Source: Macrostomum lignano (taxonomy: Eukaryota). Taken from it: 64,000 nucleotides of DNA. The DNA is taken from NCBI GenBank assembly GCA_002269645.1, contig NIVC01001489.1, positions 62,001 to 126,000 of the forward strand, in the 5' to 3' direction. The notes beneath the pieces were generated by a model. That model did not search any database. It saw only the letters and a program-made list of their open reading frames with translations, and was not told where the DNA came from. Below, in pieces: positions 25,242-37,547 of the stretch. The stretch's first letter is position 1; every line of letters begins with the position of its first letter. The translations under genes and the position numbers were made by a program.

Positions 25242-28200
25242 ATGGCGCAGCTTTACTTGCTTCTGTCGTGTCTGCTTCTAGCGGCCTGGCCATTTCCTGT
25301 TGCTTCTGGGCAGCAGTGCCGCCGCGTCGAGCAGCTCCTTGGCCGCCTCTCCGATCTGATCGATTTCTACGCCTCTGACGCCGAACGGGTGAACACTGAC
25401 GGCTACTTCGGCCTGCGACTGTCGCGCGACCTCCTGGCGCCGACTGCCGTGGCCGCTGCGGTGCTGACTCACTGCGGCAGCTCCCCAGCCGACCGACTTC
25501 AATCTGCGCTGCTCCGGCAGGACCTCCTGGCCAGCCGCTTCGAGAGTCGCATCGCCGACCGCGCCGCCGGCTACGACAGGGACACCTACTTCCAAATCTG
25601 CGAGCCCATGGCTGGCCGGTTCCAGCGGCTGACCGGAGCGCCGAGGTCGGCGATGGTCTTGGGAGATCCCGGCGGAGCGGCCGGCCGATGGCCGAGCGGA
25701 GAGGCGGCCGTTGCGAGCACCGTGTACCGGCTGATTGAGTACGATGAGCCCGCTGGAGATGCCTGCCTGATGAAGGCTCTGCGGAGTGATGGCGGGTGAG
25801 TGAGTTCATGAGTGAGTTCATGAGTGAGTTCATGAGTGAGCTCATGAGTGAGTTCATGAGTGAGTTCATGAGTGAGTTCATGAGTGAGTTCATGAGGTCA
25901 TGAGTGAGTCCATGAGTGAGTTCATGAGTGAGTTCATGAGTGAGTTCATGAGCGAGTCCATGAGTGAGTTCATGAGTGAGTTCATGAGTGAGTTCATGAG
26001 CAGTTCATGAGCGAGTTCATGAGTGAGTTCATGAGTGAGTCCATGAGTGAGTTCATGAGTGAGTTCATGAGTGAGTTCATGAGTGAGTTCATGAGCGAGT
26101 TCATGAGCGAGTTCATGAGTGAGTTCATGAGTGAGTTCATGAGTGAGTTCATGAGTGAGCTCATGAGTGAGTTAATGAGTGAGTTCATGAGTGAGTTCAT
26201 GAGTGAGTTCATGAGTTCATGAGTGAGTGAGTGAGTGAGTGAGTGAGTGAGTGAGTGAGTGAGTGAGTGAACACACATTCGCCACTGCTCATCGCACCGC
26301 AGATGCTGGAACACGGCCACCTGCCCTTATTTTGGCCGGACTTTGGAAAAATCATCTGGATATTACCTGACTCACCAGCTGCTGTATAAACTGATCAAGG
26401 ACTTGGTGAGTTTGAGTTTAGTCTCAAAGATTTGTTGGCTAGATAAACAGTCCATTGCACTTCTTCCTTGTTGTCTAGATGTTTTCTAGATTAGCAATCC
26501 ATTCTATTCCTTCATCAGTGATGCTGGCTAGATTAGCAATCCATTCTATTCCTTCATCAGTGATCTTGGCTAGATTAGCAATCCATTCTATTCCTTCATC
26601 AGTGATGCTGGCTAGATTAGCAATCCATTCTATTCCTTCATCAGTGATGTTGGCTAGATTAGCAATCCATTCTATTCCTTCATCAGTGATGCTGGCTAGA
26701 TTAGCAATCAATTCTATTCCTTCATCAGTCATGTTGGCTAGATTAGCAATCCATTCTATTCCTTCATCAGTGATGTTGGCTAGATTAGCAATCCATTCTA
26801 TTCCTCCACCAGTGATGCTGGCTAGATTAGCAATCCATTCTATTCCTTCATCAGTGATGCTGGCTAGATTAGCAATCCATTCTATTCCTTCATCAGTGAT
26901 GCTGGCTAGATTAGCAATCCATTCTATTCCTTCATCAGTGATGCTGGCTAGATTAGCAATCCATTCTATTCCTTCATCAGTGATGTTGGCTAGATTAGCA
27001 ATCCATTCTATTCCTTCATCAGTGATGCTGGCTAGATTAGCAATCCATTCTATTCCTTCATCAGTGATGCTGGCTAGATTAGCAATCCATTCTATTCCTT
27101 CATCAGTCATGTTGGCTAGATTAGCAATCCATTCTATTCCTTCATCAGTCATGTTGGCTAGATTAGCAATCCATTCTATTCCTTCATCAGTGATGCTGGC
27201 TAGATTAGCAATCCATTCTATTCCTTCATCAGTGATGCTGGCTAGATTAGCAATCCATTCTATTCCTTCATCAGTGATGTTGGCATGATTAGCAATCCAG
27301 AATAGGGACGTTCTGGTTATTCTGTTCCCTTCCCTAGAACTTCCTCTGTCACTTGAAAAGACACTGAAGAACTTTCTGTTTGCAGAAACTGTGCAAATAG
27401 ATTGGCTCATTCCATATGTAAAAGATGACAGATTTTGAACGTACGCAACCCCCCCCACCCCTAATGCCTTATTTTGGACAAGCAGTCTATTTAAGTCTGC
27501 AGAAGCAGTTTTCATCTTTTACTCTGCTTGTTAAGCACTGCTGAGCTGGGAGCTGGTTCCATCGATGTAGCAGACAAGCCTTGGGCAGCAGCTGCAGCAC
27601 TGTCCATAATTACAGCAAAAATTGTCTGCCTATTTCACTCCACGGCGCCAAATAAAATTGGCGCTTGCCCCAAACCCTGGCTCGGAAATGCGAACTTCGT
27701 AGACTATCTAAAATCCTGTCAAAACAAAAATTTGTTATTTTCCTCTCTGCAGGGTCCATGCGAATCGGTCTCCCCTGACCGGGGCCTGGCCACCGAGTTC
27801 ACTCCCGTCTGCCGTAAAGTGCTGTCCGAGTTTAAACTGATTCAAGCGGCCAATTGGACTCTCATCTCGCGACAGATGGGAGACGGCATGGCTGGCGGCC
27901 TGAGGGACCTCTACATGGAGCAGGGTGGGCGCTGCGGCTGGCGCTGCGGAGGGGCGGGACTGAGGATGGGGTGGAGAGCGGAACTGAGGATGGGGTAGAG
28001 AGCGGAGCTAAGGATGGGGTAGAGGGCGGAGCTGAGGATAGGCTAGAGAGCGGAACTGAGGATGGGGTAGAGGGCGGAGCTGAGGATGGGGTAGAGGGTG
28101 GAGCTGAGGATGGGGTAGAGGGTGGAGCTGAGGATGGGGTAGAGGGTGGAGCTGAGGATGGGGTAGAGGGCGGAGCTGAGGATGGGGTAGAGGGCGGAGC

Positions 28201-31132
28201 TGAGGATGGGGTAGAGGGTGGAGCTGAGGATGGGGTAGGGGGCGGAGCTGAGGATGGGGTAGAGGGTGGAGCTGAGTATAGGGTAGGGGGCGGAGCTGAG
28301 GATGGGGCAGAGGGCGAAGCTGAGGATGGGGTAGGGGGCGAAGCTGAGGATGGGGTAGAGGGCGGAGCTGAGGATGGGGCAGAGGGCGAAGCTGAGGATG
28401 GGGTAGAGGGCGGAGCTGAGGATGGGGTAGGGGGCGAAGCTGAGGATGGGGTAGGGGGCGGAGCTGAGGATGGGGTAGAGGGCGGAGCTGAGGATGGGGT
28501 AGGGGGCGGAGCTGAGGATGGGGTAGGGGGCGGAGCTGAGGATGGGGTAGGGGGCGGAGCTGAGGATGGGGTAGAGGGTGGAGCTGAGGATGGGGTAGAG
28601 GGCGGAGCTGAGGATGGGGCAGAGGGCGAAGCTGAGGATGGGGTAGAGGGCGGAGCTGAGGATGGGGTAGGGGGCGAAGCTGAGGATGGGGCAGAGGGCG
28701 GAGCTGAGGATGGGGTAGAGGGCGGAGCTGAGGATGGGGTAGGGGCGGAGCTGAGGATGGGGTAGGGGCGGAGCTGAGGATGGGGTAGGGGGCGGAGCTG
28801 AGGATGGGGTAGAGGGTGGAGCTGAGGATGGGGTAGGGGGCGGAGCTGAGGATGGGGTAGAGGGTGGAGCTGAGTATAGGGTAGAGGGCGGAGCTGAGGA
28901 TGGGGCAGAGGGCGAAGCTGAGGATGGGGTAGAGGTCGGAGCTGAGTATAGGGTAGAGGGCGGAGCTGAGTATTGGGTAGAGGGCGGAGCTGAGGATGGG
29001 GCAGAGGGCGGAACCAATCTTTATCAATGCACGATCGCCAAATCTTATTGCCCGCACCAAAACACTTTCGCCAGCACTTCTCTGCGGACTGGCGGGTTTC
29101 AAGGACTTCTACAACGGCGGCTCGGTGTCCACGGTGGCCTCCTGGCAGGACCCGCAGCTCGGCTGCTTCAAGCTGTCCGTCAGCGACTCCGCCGCCGCGG
29201 CCTCCGGACCCGCCGTGGGTCGGAAAATTCTGCGCGATGCTGAAATGCAGGGCAAGTGATGACGGGGAATGACAGCCCAATTAGCGAAGAATAATTCCCC
29301 CTAAACAATGTTTAAAATTCCATTTTGGAATCGTTTGAGGAGTGAGAAATTCCCCCATTGTGGAATCGTTTGATGAATGAGAAATTCTCCCATTTTGGAA
29401 TCGTTTGAGGAGTGAGAAATTCCCCCTTATGGAATCGTTCGGTGAGTGAGAAATTCCCCTATTGTGGAATCGTTTGGTGAGTGAGAAATTCCCCCATTGT
29501 GGAATCGTTTGGTGAGTGAGAAATTCCCCCGTATGGAATCGTTCGGTGAGTGAGAAATTCCCCTATTGTGGAATCGTTTGGTGAGTGAAAAATTCCCCTT
29601 CATAGAATAATTTTATGAGTGAGAAATTCTCCCTCTCTTATAGAATCGTTTGGTGAGTGAGAAATTCTCCCATTATGGAATCGTTTGATGAGTGAGAAAT
29701 TCTCCCATTATGGAATCGTTTGATGAGTGAGAAATTCTCCCATTATGGAATCGTTTGATGAGTGAGAAATTCTCCCATTATGGAATCGTTTGATGAGTGA
29801 GAAATTCCCCCCGTATGGAATCGTTCGGTGAGTGAGAAATTCCCCTATTGTGGAATCGTTTGGTGAGTGAGAAATTCTCCCATTTTGGAATCGTTCGGTG
29901 AGTGAGAAATTCCCCCCATTGTGGAATCGTTTGGTGAGTGAGAAATTCCCCCGTATGGAATCGTTCGGTGAGTGAGAAATTCCCCCATTGTGGAATCGTT
30001 TGGTGAGTGAAAAATTCCCCTTCATAGAATAATTTTATGAGTGAGAAATTCTCCCTCTCTTATAGAATCGTTTGGTGAGTGAGAAATTCTCCCATTATGG
30101 AATCGTTTGATGAGTGAGAAATTCTCCCATTATGGAATCGTTTGATGAGTGAGAAATTCTCCCATTATGGAATCGTTTGATGAGTGAGAAATTCTCCCAT
30201 TATGGAATCGTTTGATGAGTGAGAAATTCCCCCCGTATGGAATCGTTCGGTGAGTGAGAAATTCCCCTATTGTGGAATCGTTTGGTGAGTGAGAAATTCT
30301 CCCATTTTGGAATCGTTCGGTGAGTGAGAAATTCCCCCCATTGTGGAATCGTTTGGTGAGTGAGAAATTCCCCCGTATGGAATCGTTCGGTGAGTGAGAA
30401 ATTCCCCCATTGTGGAATCGTTTGGTGAGTGAGAAATTCCCCCCGTATGGAATCGTTCGGTGAGTGAGAAATTCCCCCATTGTGGAATCGTTTGGTGAGT
30501 GAGAAATTCCCCCCTTATGGAATCGTTCGGTGAGTGAGAAATTCCCCTATTGTGGAATCGTTTGGTGAGTGAGAAATTCTCCCATTTTGGAATCGTTCGG
30601 TGAGTGAGAAATTCCCCCCATTGTGGAATCGTTTGGTGAGTGAGAAATTCCCCCGTATGGAATCGTTCGGTGAGTGAGAAATTCCCCCATTGTGGAATCG
30701 TTTGGTGAGTGAGAAATTCCCCCCGTATGGAATCGTTCGGTGAGTGAGAAATTCCCCCATTGTGGAATCGTTTGGTGAGTGAGAAATTCCCCCCTTATGG
30801 AATCGTTCGGTGAGTGAGAAATTCCCCCATTGTGGAATCGTTTGATGAGTGAGAAATTCTCCCATTATGGAATCGTTCGGTGAGTGAGAAATTCGCTATG
30901 AAATCATTTACAATAGAGAAATGCCCCTTGATGAGGTGAGAAGCCGACACAAACATCCAAATTTAAAACCCGAGAAGAACTATTTGTTAAACTCTATTAG
31001 TGTTAATAACTCGTATAATTAGTATTCACCGAGCCTATTGCTGTTACCCTTGCAGGTGGCTGCTCAGCCCACTCCACCGGCATGGCTATGGGTTACTATA
31101 GCAACGCCATCCGGTTCCTGCTGGATATCTGA
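25242..31132 (+). CDS. UPF0764/C16orf89-like secreted protein, 360 aa; exons 25242-25795, 26303-26405, 27753-27924, 29075-29251, 31056-31132
   Basis: Signal peptide MAQLYLLLSCLLLAAW. Family-like motifs GYYLTHQLLY, DLYMEQ, LCGLAGFKDFY, SWQDPQLGCF, GCSAHSTG. Exon phases are consistent if intron 4 uses a GC donor. Confidence 0.8.
25797..26268 (+). repeat. 12-bp (atgagtgagttc)n plus (gagt)n, intron 1
   Basis: Begins at the donor gtgagt. Confidence 0.95.
26484..27299 (-). repeat. 42-bp minisatellite, intron 2
   Basis: Same family and orientation as 23806-24998. Confidence 0.95.
27958..29010 (+). repeat. 24-bp G-rich minisatellite (gctgaggatggggtagagggcgga)n, intron 3
   Basis: Direct tandem repeat. 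Confidence 0.95.
29325..30895 (+). repeat. 35-36-bp minisatellite (tggaatcgtttggtgagtgagaaattcccccattg)n with a ~420-bp higher-order duplication, intron 4
   Basis: The variant block gaaaaattccccttcatagaataatttt recurs at ~29589 and ~30010. Confidence 0.95.
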
Positions 31133-31927
31133 TCGCCACCCGAGCTGTAATATCCAAACCTCAATATTGTCAAAAATCTTTGTGAAATATATCGGTCAAA
31201 AATGGCTGTTCCATGCTGAGCAGGGCTGCTCAAGCAAAAGTACATGCAGATTTTCTGCTCAATCAGTGGACTCTCTGACGAATAAGCCAGGCTTATTCTC
31301 GGTTGCAGGTCAAAATGAAAATTACCAGATATACCTTTGTTACAAGAGACATGAGCTGCCACAGGTGACACACCTGTTCTTACACCTATCTCACATTTAA
31401 TGAAAGTTTCACAGCCTTGAATAAAAAAATTCATAATGCATGCGAAAATTTCTTTTAAAAGGTACGAGTCTATTCGGAATCATGGCGGACTATCTTAGTG
31501 ATGAGTAGAAGGTATGGATTTTTGTTGGTAAAATTTGTTGGTAGCCTCTGACCGGCCCGATCATCTCCTCTCCTCTGTCCTCTCACCTTCTCTAATCTCT
31601 TATCTCCTTTAATCTTTACCCTCTGCTCTCTTCTCTCCTCTTATCTCCGGTGTTTGCTCGCTCATTAACTTTTTTGTACCTAGAATCGATAAACTCGATT
31701 TTCCAGGTAAACTTCGTCTGTTTTGACAAAATTAATTTCGAGAATTTCTTTGATAAGAGAGAATAGATTGCGCACTATCTGACTGCTAGCTAGCATAAAA
31801 TGGGCCAGATAGTGAGTGTCACAGCTGGAATCACTGTAAGTTGTCTCAATTGAGTTTAAGGTCCACGGAGACCTTGGATCTCTGGTCAAGCGGAAAAGTC
31901 AGTCATAAACAAAACTTTTGAGAATAG

Positions 31928-32375
31928 AGTTGAGCAGTCTGTAGCTGAGCAGTCTGTACCTGAGCAGTCTGTACCTGAGCAGTCTGTACCTGAGCAGTCT
32001 GTACCTGAGCAGTCTGTAGCTGAGCAGTCTGTAGCTGAGCAGTCTGTAGCTGAGCAGTCTGTACCTGAGCAGTCTGTACCTGAGCAGTCTGTACCTGAGC
32101 AGTCTGTACCTGAGCAGTCTGTACCTGAGCAGTCTGTACCTGAGCAGTCTGTAGCTGAGCAGTCTGTAGCTGAGCAGTCTGTAGCTGAGCAGTCTGTAGC
32201 TGAGCAGTCTGTAGCTGAGCAGTCTGTACCTGAGCAGTCTGTACCTGAGCAGTCTGTAGCTGAGCAGTCTGTAGCTGAGCAGTCTGTAGCTGAGCAGTCT
32301 GTAGCTGAGCAGTCTGTAGCTGAGCAGTCTATAGCTGAGCAGTCTATACCTGAGCAGTCTGTAGCTGAGCAGTTT
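31928..32375 (+). repeat. 15-bp minisatellite (gagcagtctgta[g/c]ct)n
   Basis: Direct tandem repeat. Confidence 0.95.
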
Positions 32376-33134
32376 GTATTGATGTCTGTGCTAGCACATT
32401 TGTGTACAGTGTTTAGCCCCAAATATTATCGATTAAATATTTGCTATGTACCTGGCCCTGTATTAGGTGAAAAACTAATAAAAGCTTTGTCTCTGAGTCC
32501 TTTTGCTCTCCACTTTTTTGCTTACAAATATGTCTTGACTTGAGAGTTTGTCCAGACCAACAAATAAGTTTCTTATCAGTTTCTAACAGAAATGGTTAAG
32601 ACTTTACTTCTGCAAATGTTCTTGCTGAAAAGGTAGATATGACTGGGTTGAACAGAGTGGGTAAGAAATTCGACACACCTGCACTATTCCATTATGGAGT
32701 TTTGCTAGAATGTATTCTACAAGAAGACAATTAAACTGAATGGGCGGAGATAGACAGCTCGGCCCTGGCAGGGTCAGAGACAAGTTCTCGAGGTTGGGCA
32801 GCCCGTGTCTCTCACCTGCTCTTTGCCAACCAGGGAAATGCAAAAGCAACTCACAAAGAGAGCGGGTGAGAGTAGAGAATCAAAATGTGCAAAGAATCTC
32901 TCCCCTTCTGTAGGATAGAACGGCTCACTCTGCACAGTTGCTATGGAAACGGATGGACCCAATCAGTACGGCTTGTGTGCGCCCAGGTGTGTGTGTGTGT
33001 TCGTACGTGTGTGTCAGAGAAAAAAGATAGATAAATTAATCAAATTAGGAGCTTGTGCCCAAACTGTTACCAGACTGCTACGCAAGTCGGACTGTCTGAT
33101 ATCTCTACAAGCTAGCACTGACCCGCAAGCCATC

Positions 33135-34362
33135 ATGAGCTCCAAGGGCAACTATACCTACTATTATTTCAATGCTCGAGGCAGGGGCGAGTTTATCCGA
33201 TGGATTCTGGCTGCCAGCGGCCTGCCATGGGAGGACAAACGATTTGAGATGCAGGAGTGGCAGACTTTGAAGCCAAGTGAGTGCTTTTGTGTTTGTTTGC
33301 ATTTTGAATTTTGCATATAAATTGAATAGAAACAAAATGATGACGTAATAGATATACGAGCATACATATTGCAGTCGCATTAGATAAGGTTAAGTTTAGT
33401 ACATAGTGCGGCATTTAAATTTTTTTTGAAATATTGAAACTAAAAGCTTATGAAAGCGCTTTCAGTAGATGTAAGGCTACATTCAGATTCGCTGTTGCAT
33501 TTGATAGATGTTTTGAGATGCTTCAGAAGTTACTTTCGGTTGAGTAAGATTAATGTCACTGAGTAGGGTAGATTCGCAGAGCAGATCGCAGATTCGGTAG
33601 AGTAGATCGCAGATTCGGTAGAGTAGATCGCAGATTCGGTAGAGTAGATCGCAGATTCGGTAGAGTAGATCGCAGATTCGGTAAAGCGGATCGCAAACTA
33701 AGCAGAGTCGCGATCGCATATTCGGCAAAGCGTGATCCCTAACCGCCCCCGCACCCCAGCTATCCCCGGCAACGCGGTGCCCTACCTGGTCACTCCCGAG
33801 GGCTACCAGCTCCGCCAAAGCGAGGCCATCGCCCGCTACGTGGCCAAGAAGGGCGGCCTCGTTCCCACAGACGACCTGGCCGCTTACAAATGCGACGCCA
33901 TCGTTGACACGGTCATGATTGACATGTTCGACGCCGTGGTGAAGTTCATGCCGCTCAAGTCGCCGGAGGAGCGAGCCAAGGGCTTCCAGAACTGGAACGA
34001 GCTGGCCGGGCCGAAGTTCTACGGCATCATCGACCAGTGGGTGAAGGAGAGCCGCTCGGGCTATTTGGTCGGCGATAGGGTGAGTAAAGCTCTGTTCCGC
34101 ACTGCTCTACTCATAGTAGGCGAGCTAGGAATATGTACCGACTTTTTATCCAAGAAACGCGAATAGCTCTTTATCCAATGCGCAGATGACCTGGGCTGAC
34201 CTCACCGTGGCCTGCATCGTGAACAGCCTGGGACTCATCGATGAGATCAAGGCCAGCCAGGACGCCTACCCGGACGTGAAGGCCTTCGCAGAGCGGATCG
34301 CGCAGTCGGGCAAAGTGCAGGACTACCTGAAGACCAGGCCTGCCGGCATGTTCCAATTCTGA
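33135..34362 (+). CDS. Glutathione S-transferase, sigma-like, copy 1, 212 aa; exons 33135-33276, 33760-34079, 34186-34362
   Basis: YFNARGRGEFIRWILA, VPYL, QSEAIARY, YLVGDR/MTWADL, YLKTRP. Splice phases consistent. Confidence 0.92.
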
Positions 34363-34834
34363 TCCACTTTTGACAAACAGTCAGTTCTATAACAGCAGTA
34401 CGTGTAAAACTGCTGTATTGGCTATCTACAAATGTAGCTACTATATCCATGATTCAAAGAATGAAAAAGTGCCACTTCAGGTATTTGATTGGTTAATACA
34501 GGGTTAAAACTAAAGCATCCAATACAACACTGAAGCACCCTCGATCTCAATCGGATAGCTGCACTGGGATACTAGACAATTCCATTTTGAGGAAGAATTA
34601 ATCGACTGTATCCTAAAAATGAGTTGTCCGCATCTTCCCGCTTTTGTAAGCTCAAAATATACTTAAAATTTGCCGTGGAAGCAAAGTTGTCGTTGTTAAG
34701 CATATGGTAGTTCTTTTAGCATATTTAAAATTCTTTTAAAATATGGTACTCAAATACTAAGTACCTAAGGTACTTTGAAGATAACTTCGAGTTCAGAATT
34801 CAATGCATGTGACGACCGAAGAAAGGAGCAGAGA

Positions 34835-35290
34835 GCAGCGCTGAGCGGTAAACGCTTCTGACTCGCGCGCCGCGACCCCTGGTTCGATTCCGTGCCCGGC
34901 CACATTCATTTGGGGCTTTCGTGCCATTCACACCCATAGCGTGTAGCGTGTGTATGAGTGCTCGCCTGTGTATAGCATTTGCGCGCTTGTATGTGCTCAA
35001 CAAACAACAACAACAAACTACAACAGCCCTGGACAAGCCAAGCAGGGTTGCTGTCAAGCGCAGAGTTGCGCAGAACAGCGAGTCCGCGAGTGTCAGAAAT
35101 CTCTGCGTCTCTTAGAAGAGCAGATGTCGACAAAACGCAGACTTCTCGCCTGACCAAGCCCCCGCGGCCCTTGAAGGGAGAGCAGCAGCGCGTCCTAAAA
35201 CGGCTCAGGTCAGTGCTGCTCTGCTCGGATGACGTGGCCGGCCAGCTGTAGCCCGACGGTATAGCTCGTCATTGCTGGTGTTGGTGGTGT
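34835..35290 (+). mobile_element. tRNA-headed SINE-like element
   Basis: A-box-like gctgagcggtaa, B-box ggttcgattcc, then cacattcatttggggct, a (CAA)n tract and a (GGT)-rich tail. Confidence 0.55.
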
Positions 35291-35324
35291 CGGTAGTGGA
35301 CACCGAAGCAGCTCTCAGGAGTCA

Positions 35325-35500
35325 AGCGTGTCCACGTTTCAGCATTGTAAAGGAGGGCGGTTTCTATGACTGCCTGGAACAGCCGCCCTCTCAGCCGATC
35401 CGGCAGCGCGGGGCTCTGCAGGACAGTCCACACGTTGCGGAATGCGCCCCAGGCAAGCGCCCTGCGCCGTGCCGTGTCGTCCATGATGCTTAGCACCAGA
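35325..35500 (-). mobile_element. RTE-clade non-LTR retrotransposon fragment (post-RT C-terminal region)
   Basis: RRALAWGAFRNVWTVL...RGRLFQAVIETALLYNAETWT matches the RTE LLYxxETW motif. Confidence 0.75.
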
Positions 35501-37547
35501 CTACCGAGGTAGATGAACTCTTTGCAGCGAGGAAGTACGTGCAGCGGCAGTAGATCTCAGCTGGGAGCATTTGAAGATGTCACTCAGGTTATCACTATTT
35601 ATCATGTCACCTTGGGCGTTGCACCAGAGGGCCCACAGCTTTCTTGCGATTATTATTTTTTATCGCTGCCGAAAAAGAAATTCCGCTCAATTTTTTCTGA
35701 CCTGCTGTCCTCGTTCTGAGCTGCGCGAAGGTGATTCTTCAATACTCAGCAATACCACAGTATCGTTATGGTGCTAAAATGTGCCTAAAGCCAATTCCTT
35801 CTCTGCTTCAAAGTAGATGTTGGTCTATTGTCAAAGCAAACTAGCAGCACTTGTGGCCTTTGTGGGACGGGACCCCTTGGACAAAGGCGCACAGTCCCAA
35901 CGCTGAACCGGTATGCTCAGTAATCCAGTGTATTTATTAATAAATTGCGAACGGAGCAATCGCCAATAGACTGATGAACTTTATAATATCAGCATTATGT
36001 CAGAATGCCATTCGTGAAGTGCTCTGAGTGTACAAGTGCTGGGATGAAGATCTTGATGCTGAGTAAGAGTGTTCGATAGTGAGAGCGATCTGATATGTCA
36101 AAAAACCCTTACAACTAATTGCTCTCGGTTGGTTTCTGATCTAGTCGAGGGCCTTGCAATTTCTGATGTGGCAGTCTGCTGGTTGTTGTTGAGAGCGTAG
36201 CGGACTTTCTGATCCGCCAGCTGCTTCGTCTGCTTGAACAGTAAGTATTTTATGTATATATTGGTCTGCTGCTCCGGAAAACTCCTACCACTGCTCAGCC
36301 AGATGAGGCACATGCAGTCTCAATTTTTCCTTAATTTCAACAGTTCGTACCATGCAGCCAGCGCATTGCTCTCAGGGACTACAAAGATGCAGGCCCGATC
36401 TATTATAGTAGCCATGAGTCCTCGCAAATTATCACCTGGATGGGTTTTACCTTGTACTGCAGCCAGTGAGTCTGTATCTGTGGTAAAAGCTATATCCACA
36501 GTAATGCTTTTCGAGGACTAAGTTATTAATAGATCGGCCTCCCAACTTTTGTAATTTCCCCTCCTTAGTATTGAGTAAGTCCCTGTACTGGTCTGTGCAA
36601 AAAACTCTTATATTGTACAATACGTTCAACGGCTGCATGCAAATATCGGGCAGTCGGACAACTTACTCATGGCAACCGTTCCTTTTCTGCTCAGTTTGTC
36701 TCCATTACTGTCGATAGCTGCATGCCATTTTAGCAAGCTTTTCCTCAACTTGTAGCCATGGGATATAAGAATTTACCCTGGATATGGCCCCATTCGAATA
36801 GATTGGGCTCAATGTCTTGTTTAACTGCAGGCAAAATTACAATTTATCATGAATTAGCTATCAAATAATGGCCCATCCTACTCGCGAGTAGAGAGAATGC
36901 AGGTTTCTGCTATGATCGCAGAAGAATTAGCTGAGTAGGAAAAAGCACTTCGCTGACAATTTAATCGCTTCTTTTATCAACTTCTCATAGAAATGGTTCA
37001 CTTTACCTCTGCAAATTTTCTTGCTGAGAGGGTATAGACATGACTAAGTTAAACATTAATATGTATTTTTGATAAGACAAAGTCAAAGGTAGAGCGACAG
37101 CGTAAGCAACTGACGCCAGGAAAATTCCAAGATGGAGGAGAGTTTTGCTTGAATGTACAAGAGGACAATTAAACTGAGTAGGTAAATAGAGACAGACAGG
37201 GTCAGAGACAAGTTCAGAGACTGAGGTGGGGCAACTCAACTGTCTCTCAATTGCTTTTCACCAACCCAGGAAATGCAAAAGCAACTCAGAAAGAACGGGG
37301 TCTGGAGTAGAGAATAAAAGTTAGTAAAAAATCTTTCTCCCCTTCTGCCAGACAGAACGGCTCACTCTGCACAGTTACGCTCGTACTATGGAAACGGATT
37401 GACCCAATCAGCACGATTTGTATGTGCCCAGGTGTGTGTCAGAGAAAAAGACAGATAAAGTAATAAAACTGTGAGGCTCCTGCCGAAACTGCTACCAGAC
37501 TGCTAAGCAATAATCTCAGAAAAATCTAGCACTGACCAGCAGCCGTC

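Noticed and set aside
22862-27299. CTGATGA in the 42-bp unit as a tandem hammerhead core
   Set aside because: No GAAA core partner or stems II/III in the unit.
23631-27515. 461-aa, 346-aa and 269-aa repeat ORFs
   Set aside because: A stop-free 42-bp unit gives open frames automatically; the arrays lie between identifiable splice sites.
27854-29280. GAEDGVEG / PHPQLRP repeat proteins of 300-470 aa
   Set aside because: 24-bp intronic array of the C16orf89-like gene.
29325-30895. CRISPR-like regularity of the 35-bp repeat
   Set aside because: Units are directly adjacent with no unique spacers; eukaryotic intron; no cas genes.
31886-32422. Cys-rich (DCSAT/DCSGT)n ORF resembling an antifreeze or metallothionein-like protein
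   Set aside because: 15-bp perfect minisatellite with a non-ATG start and almost no synonymous variation.
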